From the NCBI GenBank assembly GCA_021399345.1, contig JAAFKI010000094.1, positions 1 through 64,000 of the forward strand: 64,000 nucleotides of DNA. Direction: 5' to 3'. The position numbers were made by a program, and so were the translations under genes. The notes beneath the pieces were generated by a model, which did no database searches, was not told the origin of the DNA, and saw nothing but the letters and a program-made list of their open reading frames with translations. Below are positions 40,245 through 48,785 of the stretch, piece by piece (within the stretch, counting starts at the first letter, position 1; each line of letters begins with the position of its first letter). This DNA comes from Candidatus Heimdallarchaeota archaeon (GTDB lineage Archaea; Asgardarchaeota; Heimdallarchaeia; Heimdallarchaeales; Heimdallarchaeaceae).

Positions 40245-40940
40245 ATGAAGATTAATCTTGATTCCGATAATGAATGGGGTCATTTTATTGATCCTGATTC
40301 ATTTCAAATTGTAGAAATTACTGATGAAGTTCCAGATAAATCCTTTGTTGTTTTCAAAGAACGTGAGTACATTAGTGACATAGATAGAACAGTCATTCAG
40401 ACCACTTATGGGATAATTGATGGCAATAAGCTACAAACAATGAGTAAAAGAGAACTGAGTAAACTAATGTCAAAAGCTTGTGCAAAATATATTATTGATT
40501 TCGAAAAATTGCCTCCAAAAATAATGGTGGAGAAAAAGCTTATTATTGATAAACCCGCACAATTGGGTTTCATTCTGTCCAATCACGATACATTCCACTT
40601 GAAGATAGACAAAACTGCGTTAGAAGGAGGGAATCCCTTTGAGATTATTAATTCTATCATGGAAAATCAGGACTTTAAAACTACTATGTACGATAGAGAA
40701 GAGAAGTGGAAAATTGAATATGCAAAAAGTAGTCGTGCTAAATGCAGAAAGTGTGGTTCAAATATTGAGAAGGATACAATAAGAATAGGCGAACCTCATT
40801 ATTTTGAAGATCACTTAAACTATAGATGGCATCATGAGAAATGCGTATTCCTTCAAAGATTTGAGAAGAAAAATATTAAGGGACTTGATCTTCTAGAAGA
40901 AAAAGATAGAAAGAGGATAGAAGAGATATTGGATTCTTAA
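40245..40940 (+). CDS. protein with C-terminal PARP-type zinc finger
   Basis: IEYAKSSRAKCRKCGSNIEKDTIRIG...WHHEKC..IKGLDLLEEKDR. Confidence 0.85.
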   Translation: MKINLDSDNEWGHFIDPDSFQIVEITDEVPDKSFVVFKEREYISDIDRTVIQTTYGIIDGNKLQTMSKRELSKLMSKACAKYIIDFEKLPPKIMVEKKLIIDKPAQLGFILSNHDTFHLKIDKTALEGGNPFEIINSIMENQDFKTTMYDREEKWKIEYAKSSRAKCRKCGSNIEKDTIRIGEPHYFEDHLNYRWHHEKCVFLQRFEKKNIKGLDLLEEKDRKRIEEILDS

Positions 40941-40950
40941 ATAAACTCAA

Positions 40951-42663
40951 CTATTTCTTAATGACTTCTTGTTTAATGTCAGGCCCTCTAGTAGTAACTC
41001 TAGAAGTAGTATCAGTTTGTCGTAAATCTTTTCGTGAGACTTTTCCAACAGCAGTTCTTGGTAAATCTTCCTTGTACTCAATAATTGTTGGTATTTTGTA
41101 AGGAGCTAATTTATCTTTGCTGTAAGCTTTGATTTCATCACGAGATAATTCTTTAGATCCTGGTTCAGCAACTAGAAAAGCTTTAACTTTCTCAGTATTT
41201 CCATCTTTGACTTGAACGACTCCAGCCATATTGATATCGGGATGTGCATAAAGAACTTCTTCAACATCACTAGGCCAAACTTTGTAACCAGACACGATAA
41301 TCATATCTTTTGCTCTGTCTACAACTGAGAAGAAACCTTCTTCATCCATAGTAACAATGTCACCAGTTCTTAACCAACCCTTAACTAGAACTGCATCTGA
41401 AGCTTCTTTGTTATTCCAGTATCCTTTCATGACACTAGGACCACGAATCCAAAGTTCTCCTTCCTTACCATGGTCACTGATTTCTTCTTGGGTATCAAGA
41501 TCAACAACCATTGCTAAAGTGTTAGGAATTGGAATACCAATAGCATTAAGCTTACGTAATTCCTTATTTCCAGGATTGACATGAGTTACCGGAGAACTTT
41601 CACTAAGTCCATATCCTTCAATTAATAATCCTTTACTAACTTCTTCAAACTTCTCGCAAGTTGATTTTGGCAGACCTTCACCACCAGAAATACACATGTA
41701 AAGGGATGAAAGGTCATATTTGGCTATATTAGGATGTTCAGCTATTTTTTGATAGAGAATAGGGACAGCAAACATGAAATGAATCTTGTGTTTGGATACG
41801 CTCTGCATAACTTCCTCAAGTTGCCTTGGATCGGGAATGAGATAAAGTAATCCTCCAACGGCTATGGTCCAGAGAAAAGAGGTCGAAAATCCAAAAATAT
41901 GGGACATGGGAAGACAACCAGATATTCGATACTGACCTTCAGGGCGAGAAGGTAACCATATGTCCCAATAAGGTAAAATAGTAGCTTGAGCCATAAGATT
42001 GTAATTTGTGAGCATGGCGCCCTTCATGATTCCAGTAGTACCTCCTGTATACTGGAGCAAAGCTACATCTTCTTTTACATCGATTTTTGTTTCTATTCTC
42101 TTATTTTCTCCTTTCTTAAGAAGATCTTTGTAAACCAGTTCATCTTTTACTTTAGGATTTTTCCTTGCAATTACATTCTTATACAGAAAAGCTGTAATTC
42201 CTGGTAGCTCATCTCCTACCGAAGATACTATGACGTGCTCAAGTTTGGTATCATCTTGTACTTCTCTTATTTTGTCTAGAAAAAGGTCAAGTGTAACTAT
42301 AACTTTTGCTTCACTATCTTGTAGTTGATATCTTATTTCCTTTGGAGTATACAAGGAGCTTATCGCTGTAAATATTGCTCCTAATGTATTTGTTGCGAAA
42401 AATGTCACAATATATTGTGGGCAATTTGGCATCAAACAAGCTACTCTGTCTCCTTTTTTAACTCCTAAATCCTTAAGAGAATTTGCGAACCTATTCACTT
42501 CTTCTTCCATCTCTGAATATTTCTTATATTTTCCCTTAAATTCTGTTAAATCTCTATTAGGAAACTCTTCAGCTGTTTTCCAAAACATTTCTACTACGCT
42601 GGTTAGTGGTACTTCTATCTGATCAGGAATACCTTCACAATAGCTCCATATCTTTTCTGGCAT
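40951..42663 (-). CDS. fadD: long-chain fatty-acid--CoA ligase
   Basis: YTGGTTG, EGYGLSE, GWLRTGD, PRTAVGK. Confidence 0.92.
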   Translation of the reverse strand: MPEKIWSYCEGIPDQIEVPLTSVVEMFWKTAEEFPNRDLTEFKGKYKKYSEMEEEVNRFANSLKDLGVKKGDRVACLMPNCPQYIVTFFATNTLGAIFTAISSLYTPKEIRYQLQDSEAKVIVTLDLFLDKIREVQDDTKLEHVIVSSVGDELPGITAFLYKNVIARKNPKVKDELVYKDLLKKGENKRIETKIDVKEDVALLQYTGGTTGIMKGAMLTNYNLMAQATILPYWDIWLPSRPEGQYRISGCLPMSHIFGFSTSFLWTIAVGGLLYLIPDPRQLEEVMQSVSKHKIHFMFAVPILYQKIAEHPNIAKYDLSSLYMCISGGEGLPKSTCEKFEEVSKGLLIEGYGLSESSPVTHVNPGNKELRKLNAIGIPIPNTLAMVVDLDTQEEISDHGKEGELWIRGPSVMKGYWNNKEASDAVLVKGWLRTGDIVTMDEEGFFSVVDRAKDMIIVSGYKVWPSDVEEVLYAHPDINMAGVVQVKDGNTEKVKAFLVAEPGSKELSRDEIKAYSKDKLAPYKIPTIIEYKEDLPRTAVGKVSRKDLRQTDTTSRVTTRGPDIKQEVIKK

Positions 42664-42893
42664 ATTTCTTCACTACTTTAATTTAGTAAGCTCTGTTAAT
42701 ACTCCTTTAAAATATTTTCTATAAATCAACACTGTTCATTAAAGAAAATTGGAAAAAGCGATTGGAATTAGTCACTAAGTCTTAGTTTAGCTTCTTTACC
42801 CAATCTGGGAATATGTATCCCGAATATCCACAAAGTCTATAATTATTGCTAATATTGGCATTTGATTCCTAATTGATATCCAAACTATTGAGT

Positions 42894-43340
42894 TCACCAA
42901 AATGATTCTTTTATTTTCTTTAGAGCTGAGCTATCTTTAGCTGATTCATCCCATTTTATCATGAGCTCATCTATAATAGTCGTCATCTTTTCTTCTTCCT
43001 CAGCATTTAGTATTCCTGCTTCTGGAAGTTCTTCAAAATTAAAAGTAATCTGTGTTATCACATCTGCAATCATTGCGTTAATTGCTTCTGATTCAAATTC
43101 ATCCTTTATATCTTTTACAAGAGATACAACAAAATTGTTGGTAGCTTCTATATAGACTTCATGGGTTTGAGTTGTAAAGTAATTTGCTTCCCCTGCATCT
43201 AATTCAATCAATGCTGAACGTATTGCAGAAATTACTCCAGAAAATAAAGTAATTTTGGTTACATCATCTTCTTCTGGTATCCTTTCCTTAAAATATAGCG
43301 GAATACCCGTTCTTGAAATAATGTAAACAGCTTGAATCAT
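42894..43340 (-). CDS. stand-alone longin-like domain protein
   Basis: MIQAVYIISRTGIPLY..LFSGVISAIRS: longin beta-beta-alpha start. Confidence 0.75.
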   Translation of the reverse strand: MIQAVYIISRTGIPLYFKERIPEEDDVTKITLFSGVISAIRSALIELDAGEANYFTTQTHEVYIEATNNFVVSLVKDIKDEFESEAINAMIADVITQITFNFEELPEAGILNAEEEEKMTTIIDELMIKWDESAKDSSALKKIKESFW

Positions 43341-43464
43341 TACAAATGACCTTCGTTAATATGATTTTTAAATCTGATGAGACTGACAAAAGAAAACTAT
43401 TAACTTACTTTCCGTTCTTTTTGATTTCAGAAAGATTTTTGTTTAATGAAAATACAATGAAGCT

Positions 43465-43659
43465 ATGCACATTGTAGTAAATTCAAAGCAAGAAAGAGAT
43501 ATTCTTATACAGTTATTCAACAGCTTAGAGAAGAAAGATATGAACTTTTTTTTGGATTTTGAAGATCCTTTATCTCTTCAAATTGAATCAATTTTTGATG
43601 ATCTATGTTCATGCGAGATACTAATAGACAAAGATGAAGAACCGTCCGGTATTGTCTGA
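43465..43659 (+). CDS. small acidic hypothetical protein
   Basis: 64 aa ORF filling the gap between genes. Confidence 0.5.
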   Translation: MHIVVNSKQERDILIQLFNSLEKKDMNFFLDFEDPLSLQIESIFDDLCSCEILIDKDEEPSGIV

Positions 43660-43707
43660 AGAGCAAATACAATACAGTTATAATAGCTTTTTACCTATTA
43701 TTTTTAG

Positions 43708-45051
43708 ATGTGGAAAAAACCAGATAGTTGTCAAGAGTGCGGAAGTTTGCTTATAGGGGATTCATTACGTTGTCCTACTTGTGAGAAACTGCTATCTGTA
43801 ACTCCAATTCGAGGTCCATCTAAATCTGATATTTCTCTCACATCTATGTGGTCATTTAGAGATTTTCTTCCAGAATACCCAAAGCCTATTTCTTTGTATG
43901 AAGGTAACACACCACTTATTGAAGTTAAGAATATAGAGAATCTTGCAGATTTAAGTTTGAAGTTAGAATTCCGAAATCCTACTGGTTCTTTTCGAGATAG
44001 AGCTAGTTCTCTAATCATTTCAGATGTTGTTAAGAAAAAATACTCTCAAGTAATTGGTGCAAGTACAGGATCCTTTAGCATCAGTTTATCTGCTTATGCT
44101 GCAAAAGCAGGAATAAAATCTTTAAGTGTTGTTCCCCAGAATTTGGAACTATCTAAAATTGAACAATTGAAGGTCTATGGTAGTAATGTAATTGAAAAAG
44201 GTGATTCTGTAGAAGAATCTATTGCTGAAGCTGAAAGACTTAGTAAAGAAACCTCTGCTTATCTTGCAACTCCTGAAAATAATCTCTTAGCTATTGAAGG
44301 ACAGAAAACCTTAGGACTAGAAATTGTCTTGCAAAAAGAGTTATTTGATGCTTTAATTGTTCCAAGAGGTTCTGGATCTCTTATTTATTCTATCTATAGA
44401 GGATTAGAAGATGCACTTGCTTCAGGATGGATAGAAGAACTACCCAGAATCTATGCAATATCTTTAGAGAAAACAAAGAGTGCTTACATGGCTGAATCCT
44501 TAGAAATTGAGCAACCCTTTCTTTTGAAGGAAGTACAAGAAACAATTAAGTTTTCTAAAGGAAAAGAGATAGAAATTGATGCTCAACAGATGATTGAGGA
44601 AGCATTGAATCTTTCTAAAAAGGAAGGATTATTTATTGAACCAGCTTCAGCTTCTGTTTTAGCAGCTGCTGATGAGTTGATTAAAGAAGAAGAAATAAAT
44701 CCTCAACATAGTGTTGCGATTCTTTCTGGATCCGGTTTTAATGCACTTAATATATATGCTACTCAATTGAGAGATAAAAGAAAAGTTGTCTGGGGATTAT
44801 CTGAAAGTTCTACAACTAAATTCGAGATATTGAATCTTATTTCAGAAGGTAAAGCAACGTATGGAATTTCTCTATGGGAATCCTTAGGGCGAGCTAAATC
44901 TAAACAATCTATTTATCAGCATCTAAATGAACTTAAAGAGAAAGGGTTGATAGTTTTATCTGAACAAGACACCAAAATTAAGCAGTTCAAAGTAACAAAG
45001 AAAGGTTTTGAAACCTTAGAAAAAATGAGAAATCTCATAGATTTTCTTTAA
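43708..45051 (+). CDS. threonine-synthase-like (fold-type II PLP) protein lacking the catalytic Lys, with C-terminal winged helix
   Basis: Zn ribbon, SLYEGNTPL, NPTGSFRDR (K to R), EGQKT, EPASA; C-terminal EILNLI..YGISLW..SKQSIYQHLNELKEKGLI..VTKKG. Confidence 0.88.
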   Translation: MWKKPDSCQECGSLLIGDSLRCPTCEKLLSVTPIRGPSKSDISLTSMWSFRDFLPEYPKPISLYEGNTPLIEVKNIENLADLSLKLEFRNPTGSFRDRASSLIISDVVKKKYSQVIGASTGSFSISLSAYAAKAGIKSLSVVPQNLELSKIEQLKVYGSNVIEKGDSVEESIAEAERLSKETSAYLATPENNLLAIEGQKTLGLEIVLQKELFDALIVPRGSGSLIYSIYRGLEDALASGWIEELPRIYAISLEKTKSAYMAESLEIEQPFLLKEVQETIKFSKGKEIEIDAQQMIEEALNLSKKEGLFIEPASASVLAAADELIKEEEINPQHSVAILSGSGFNALNIYATQLRDKRKVVWGLSESSTTKFEILNLISEGKATYGISLWESLGRAKSKQSIYQHLNELKEKGLIVLSEQDTKIKQFKVTKKGFETLEKMRNLIDFL

Positions 45052-45122
45052 AAATATTCAATTTTCACTAAAAAGAAACTAAGTGTAAATTTATCAAAAA
45101 AAGTACATAAGTGGATAATGTT

Positions 45123-45425
45123 CTAATCTGAACAGCTTCCATCTTGTAATTTATCTTTAATTCTGTCTCTAATCATGTCTTGAATTTGATCACACAAATT
45201 ATCACAATCGCAATCGCCATCACCATCGCAATCACCATCACAATCCCCTAAACGATTGTTTAGTTGATATCTTTCATGGATTTGCTCATGATCAGTATCT
45301 CCCGAACTGAAGAATGAGAAATATTCGTTACCAGTGCTAACTGTCTGATTTGAGGATGCGAGTTGCATTGTAAAAATCAGAAGAACAGCTAGACTAAAGC
45401 CGATAAATAGGTTCTTTGCCTTCAT
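45123..45425 (-). CDS. small secreted Asp/Cys-rich protein
   Basis: Signal peptide; DCDGDCDGDGDCDCD and RDRIKDKLQDGSC. Confidence 0.7.
   Translation of the reverse strand: MKAKNLFIGFSLAVLLIFTMQLASSNQTVSTGNEYFSFFSSGDTDHEQIHERYQLNNRLGDCDGDCDGDGDCDCDNLCDQIQDMIRDRIKDKLQDGSCSD
45201..45245. repeat. coding hexamer tandem repeat ATC(A/G)C(A/C) x7.5
   Basis: atcaca atcgca atcgcc atcacc atcgca atcacc atcaca atc. Confidence 0.8.
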
Positions 45426-45495
45426 AGATTTCGCCAAGATGCTATGCTGTACGTATTTATTAATACTTAATGCTTTAGAAAACTAAAGTAATCGT

Positions 45496-45516
45496 AAAAA
45501 TCTATTATAGATTTTT
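45496..45516. promoter_or_regulatory. 21-bp palindrome between divergent genes (candidate operator)
   Basis: AAAAATCTA-tta-TAGATTTTT, ~20 nt upstream of AAAAAAGTTATAAT. Confidence 0.45.
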
Positions 45517-45585
45517 TTTAGACTTACTGCGCACCAAAAAAGTTATAATGAGTTATTCAAGTTGTAACTTGAATATACGTTAGAT

Positions 45586-46398
45586 GTGATGATTATGGAG
45601 AAGGAAGCAGGATTAGGAGAAGTCTTCTTGAGAGAAGTTACTTCAATAAGAAATTTAGCATTAATTGTGACTTTTACTGGATTGGTCTTTCTTTCAACTT
45701 CGATATTCTTTATTGCAATTCCAACCTCTAGTGGATTTTTCAATATTGGTGAAGTATTTATCTATCTAGCTGCTTTAATTGGAGGACCAATAACTGGCGC
45801 TATTGCTGGAGGTGTGGGGGCTTCAATGGCCGATTTAGCACTTGGTTATGGTTTCTTTGCACCAGGAACAGCTGTTATAAAATTAGTTGAAGGATTTTTA
45901 GTAGGCTTGATTTTCCATTATGGTCGCAAATTGCCGAGTCAGATGAAAAACTTCTTCATGGGAGTTTCCAGCGGTGTATTAGTTAGTATCTCAGCTTTTT
46001 ATGTGAAAGAGGATTTTGTATTTGGCTTTTCATTTTATACTACTAAAACATTTGAAATAACTGTACCAGGTTATGTTTTTCTAATAATCTCTCTTTTCTT
46101 GAGCATATTAGTTTTGATAGTTATTACTTTTTTAAAAGAGAAAGGGGAAATGGCTCTTGCGTGTATTGTTGGTGGGGCATTTATGGTAATTGGATATTTC
46201 ATATATGAGAGATATATCTTAGGATATCCTATTGGAGCTGCTGCATCCGAAATACCATTCAACATTGCACAAGTAGTACTAAGTGCTTCACTTGTGATTC
46301 CAATTGTATCCTATCTAAGTGATCTAGGAATTTTAAGACGCTCTCTGAAGGTAGATATTGAAGAGGAAATAGTGAGTCTGGATGAAGAAGAAGACTAG
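45586..46398 (+). CDS. ECF transporter S component (PdxU/HmpT-like)
   Basis: GFFNIGEVFIYLAALIGGP..GAIAGGVGASMADL..GY..FAPGT..IK..EG and EIPFNIAQ. Confidence 0.85.
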   Translation: MMIMEKEAGLGEVFLREVTSIRNLALIVTFTGLVFLSTSIFFIAIPTSSGFFNIGEVFIYLAALIGGPITGAIAGGVGASMADLALGYGFFAPGTAVIKLVEGFLVGLIFHYGRKLPSQMKNFFMGVSSGVLVSISAFYVKEDFVFGFSFYTTKTFEITVPGYVFLIISLFLSILVLIVITFLKEKGEMALACIVGGAFMVIGYFIYERYILGYPIGAAASEIPFNIAQVVLSASLVIPIVSYLSDLGILRRSLKVDIEEEIVSLDEEED

Positions 46399-46421
46399 TA
46401 CTCAAACAACTTGGTGCAACA

Positions 46422-48059
46422 ATGCTAAAGATAGAGAATCTAAATGTAAAATATCCAACTAGTAAAGAATATGCTTTGGAAAACATCAATTTAGAAGCTT
46501 CTAGAGGAGAATTCATTGTTGTAGCAGGCCCTAGCGGGAGTGGTAAGAGCACCCTTGCTCAAGTTCTAATGACTTTAATCCCCAATTTCACTGAAGCTAG
46601 GATTTCTGGTGAAATCTCCTATAATGGAATTTCCTTTAAGGAGTTGACAAGAGATAAACTTGTTAGCTTACTAGGTTATGTTCCTCAATATCCAAGTGAT
46701 TTTACAACATCATTATTAGTTGAGGAAGAAATTGTTTTTCTGTTAGAAAATCTTGCTCTAGATTCGGAAGAAATTATATCTAGACTTAATCAAGTTTTGA
46801 CTGAACTTGAAATAAGTTCACTACAAAGAAGAGTAATTCCTGAGCTAAGTTCTGGTGAATTGCAAAGAGTTTTTTTAGCATCTGCTCTAGCCTTTGCTCC
46901 CCCTATCATTATATTAGATGAACCTATAGCAAGGATTGATCCAAAAACAGAAGTCAAACTGGTTGAACTTCTGCGAAAACTGGCTAATAATGGCCATTTA
47001 GTTATTGCATTTGAGCACCGCCTTGATTATATTGTGACAAAAGCTGATAGGTTAGTTATTTTAAAAAAGGGAGAGATAGTTAGTGATGGACATCCATCTA
47101 ATAATATTGATCTGTTAGAAGATATTGACCCACCAGAACTATCTCTGATAGATTTCAAAGATAAAGAAAAAATAATTTCTCTTGAAGATCAAGTAGATTT
47201 GAAAAGAATAATCTCAAGAATTAAAAATATGGATATCTCAAAGCTGTATAAGTTAGATAATGAAACATCTAGTGATACAACCATTTCTTTGAATCAAGTG
47301 AATTTTAGATATAACAACAAAACTAACTGGATATTGAAGGATGTAAATCTTCAATTCAAGAAAGGAGAATCTATAGGATTAATGGGGATAAATGGTTGTG
47401 GTAAATCTACTTTGATGAAGGTCATCTTGGGAATTGAAAAAACAAGAAAAGGTGAAGTCTGGATAAAAGGAAGAAAAATCAAGAATGTCAGAAAGGGAAA
47501 AAAAGATTGCATATATGTTCCTGAAAACGCAAAACTATTTCTAGTTGGACCTACGCCCATAAGAGATTTAGAAAGACAGCTTAGAAATAATGAGGAAGTT
47601 ATAGAAATTTATAACAATTTCAAAATGCAAAAGCTGATGAAAAGGAAACTCTATCATTTGAGTGAAGGAGAGAGGAGACTTTTTGCTTTGATAAATTCAT
47701 TTCACTTTCACAAAGATATTATTTTGTTGGATGAACCTACAATTGCTTTGGACAAAAAGGGTCGAAGAATTCTACTTGAACTAGTTGAAACAGCAAAAGA
47801 AAATGGAAACACTGTCATTCTTGCAACTAATGATCCTAGAATTGTAACATCTTTGGATAGATTGGTTGTTATAGAAAATGGAGATATATGTTTAGATGGG
47901 CTTCCTCGAGATGTTCTATATGAGTTGGAAAAACAAACAAATCTGATACCTAATCAAACTGTAAGATTGATTCAAAAACTGGAAAAAGAAACAGGTATCT
48001 CTCTTCCTAAAATTCTAAATCCCGAAGAATTCAATTTATTACTTAAGGAGGTTGAATAG
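46422..48059 (+). CDS. ECF transporter fused double ATPase (A-A')
   Basis: GPSGSGKST/LSSGE/LDEP and GINGCGKST/LSEGE/LDEPT. Confidence 0.92.
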   Translation: MLKIENLNVKYPTSKEYALENINLEASRGEFIVVAGPSGSGKSTLAQVLMTLIPNFTEARISGEISYNGISFKELTRDKLVSLLGYVPQYPSDFTTSLLVEEEIVFLLENLALDSEEIISRLNQVLTELEISSLQRRVIPELSSGELQRVFLASALAFAPPIIILDEPIARIDPKTEVKLVELLRKLANNGHLVIAFEHRLDYIVTKADRLVILKKGEIVSDGHPSNNIDLLEDIDPPELSLIDFKDKEKIISLEDQVDLKRIISRIKNMDISKLYKLDNETSSDTTISLNQVNFRYNNKTNWILKDVNLQFKKGESIGLMGINGCGKSTLMKVILGIEKTRKGEVWIKGRKIKNVRKGKKDCIYVPENAKLFLVGPTPIRDLERQLRNNEEVIEIYNNFKMQKLMKRKLYHLSEGERRLFALINSFHFHKDIILLDEPTIALDKKGRRILLELVETAKENGNTVILATNDPRIVTSLDRLVVIENGDICLDGLPRDVLYELEKQTNLIPNQTVRLIQKLEKETGISLPKILNPEEFNLLLKEVE

Positions 48060-48785
48060 ATGTCCTTTATGTTAAAGAGAATCTATGATGGTTTTCTGTA
48101 CAAACCTGATAAACTTCAAATTCACCCATTAATTGGAATTATTATCATATCAATTCAATTTGGATTTCTAATTCTAAATAAAAACTGGGTGTTAGCACTT
48201 TTGTTGATATTCATAATTTTTGAAAATGTAATTTTTAGAAATATTAGAGGATCCTTAAGCATTTTATGGGCTCTTTTACCAATTATGATATTTCTAGGAG
48301 GGTTAACTTACCTCTTTGGAGGTTGGGAAATTACATATCGTGTTTTAATGCGTTTGCTTGTTGGTGGTCTAGGTTTTTCCTTTTTCTTTTCTATTATTAA
48401 TCCTTCAGACTTGACAAGAAGTCTTGAAAAATTAAAAATCCCCACCAAAATCGCATTGATTCCTTCTCTAGCTTTAATGATGATTCCTAGAATAGCTAAA
48501 GATGCTGAAGATACTTTTACAACTCTTAAAATTCGAGGTGAAATCAAAGGTTTCTTTCTGAGATGGTTACCAAGAGTATTAGCAATCTTTATTGCTTCAG
48601 TAATCTATAGATCAGAATTTCTAGCACAATCTTTATACTTCAAAGGTTTAGGAATTCAAAAGAGAACTCACTATAGAAAACTTCCATTTAGGTGGGTTGA
48701 TTTTTTTAGATTATTTATCTGGAGTAGCTTTATAGTTTGCTTTATTTTGATAGATAAATATGATTTGTTTTATTTCTTCGTTTAG
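48060..48785 (+). CDS. ecfT: ECF transporter T component
   Basis: NPSDLTRSLEKLKIP, IRG and FKG coupling motifs; operon context. Confidence 0.85.
   Translation: MSFMLKRIYDGFLYKPDKLQIHPLIGIIIISIQFGFLILNKNWVLALLLIFIIFENVIFRNIRGSLSILWALLPIMIFLGGLTYLFGGWEITYRVLMRLLVGGLGFSFFFSIINPSDLTRSLEKLKIPTKIALIPSLALMMIPRIAKDAEDTFTTLKIRGEIKGFFLRWLPRVLAIFIASVIYRSEFLAQSLYFKGLGIQKRTHYRKLPFRWVDFFRLFIWSSFIVCFILIDKYDLFYFFV

Noticed and set aside
42780-42890. Possible decayed small gene (minus strand, YRLCGYSGYIFPDWVKKLN)
   Set aside because: Too short, no start codon and no recognisable family.
43708-45051. Annotation as functional threonine synthase thrC
   Set aside because: The PLP-binding lysine and other active-site residues are substituted, and no thrA/thrB genes are nearby.
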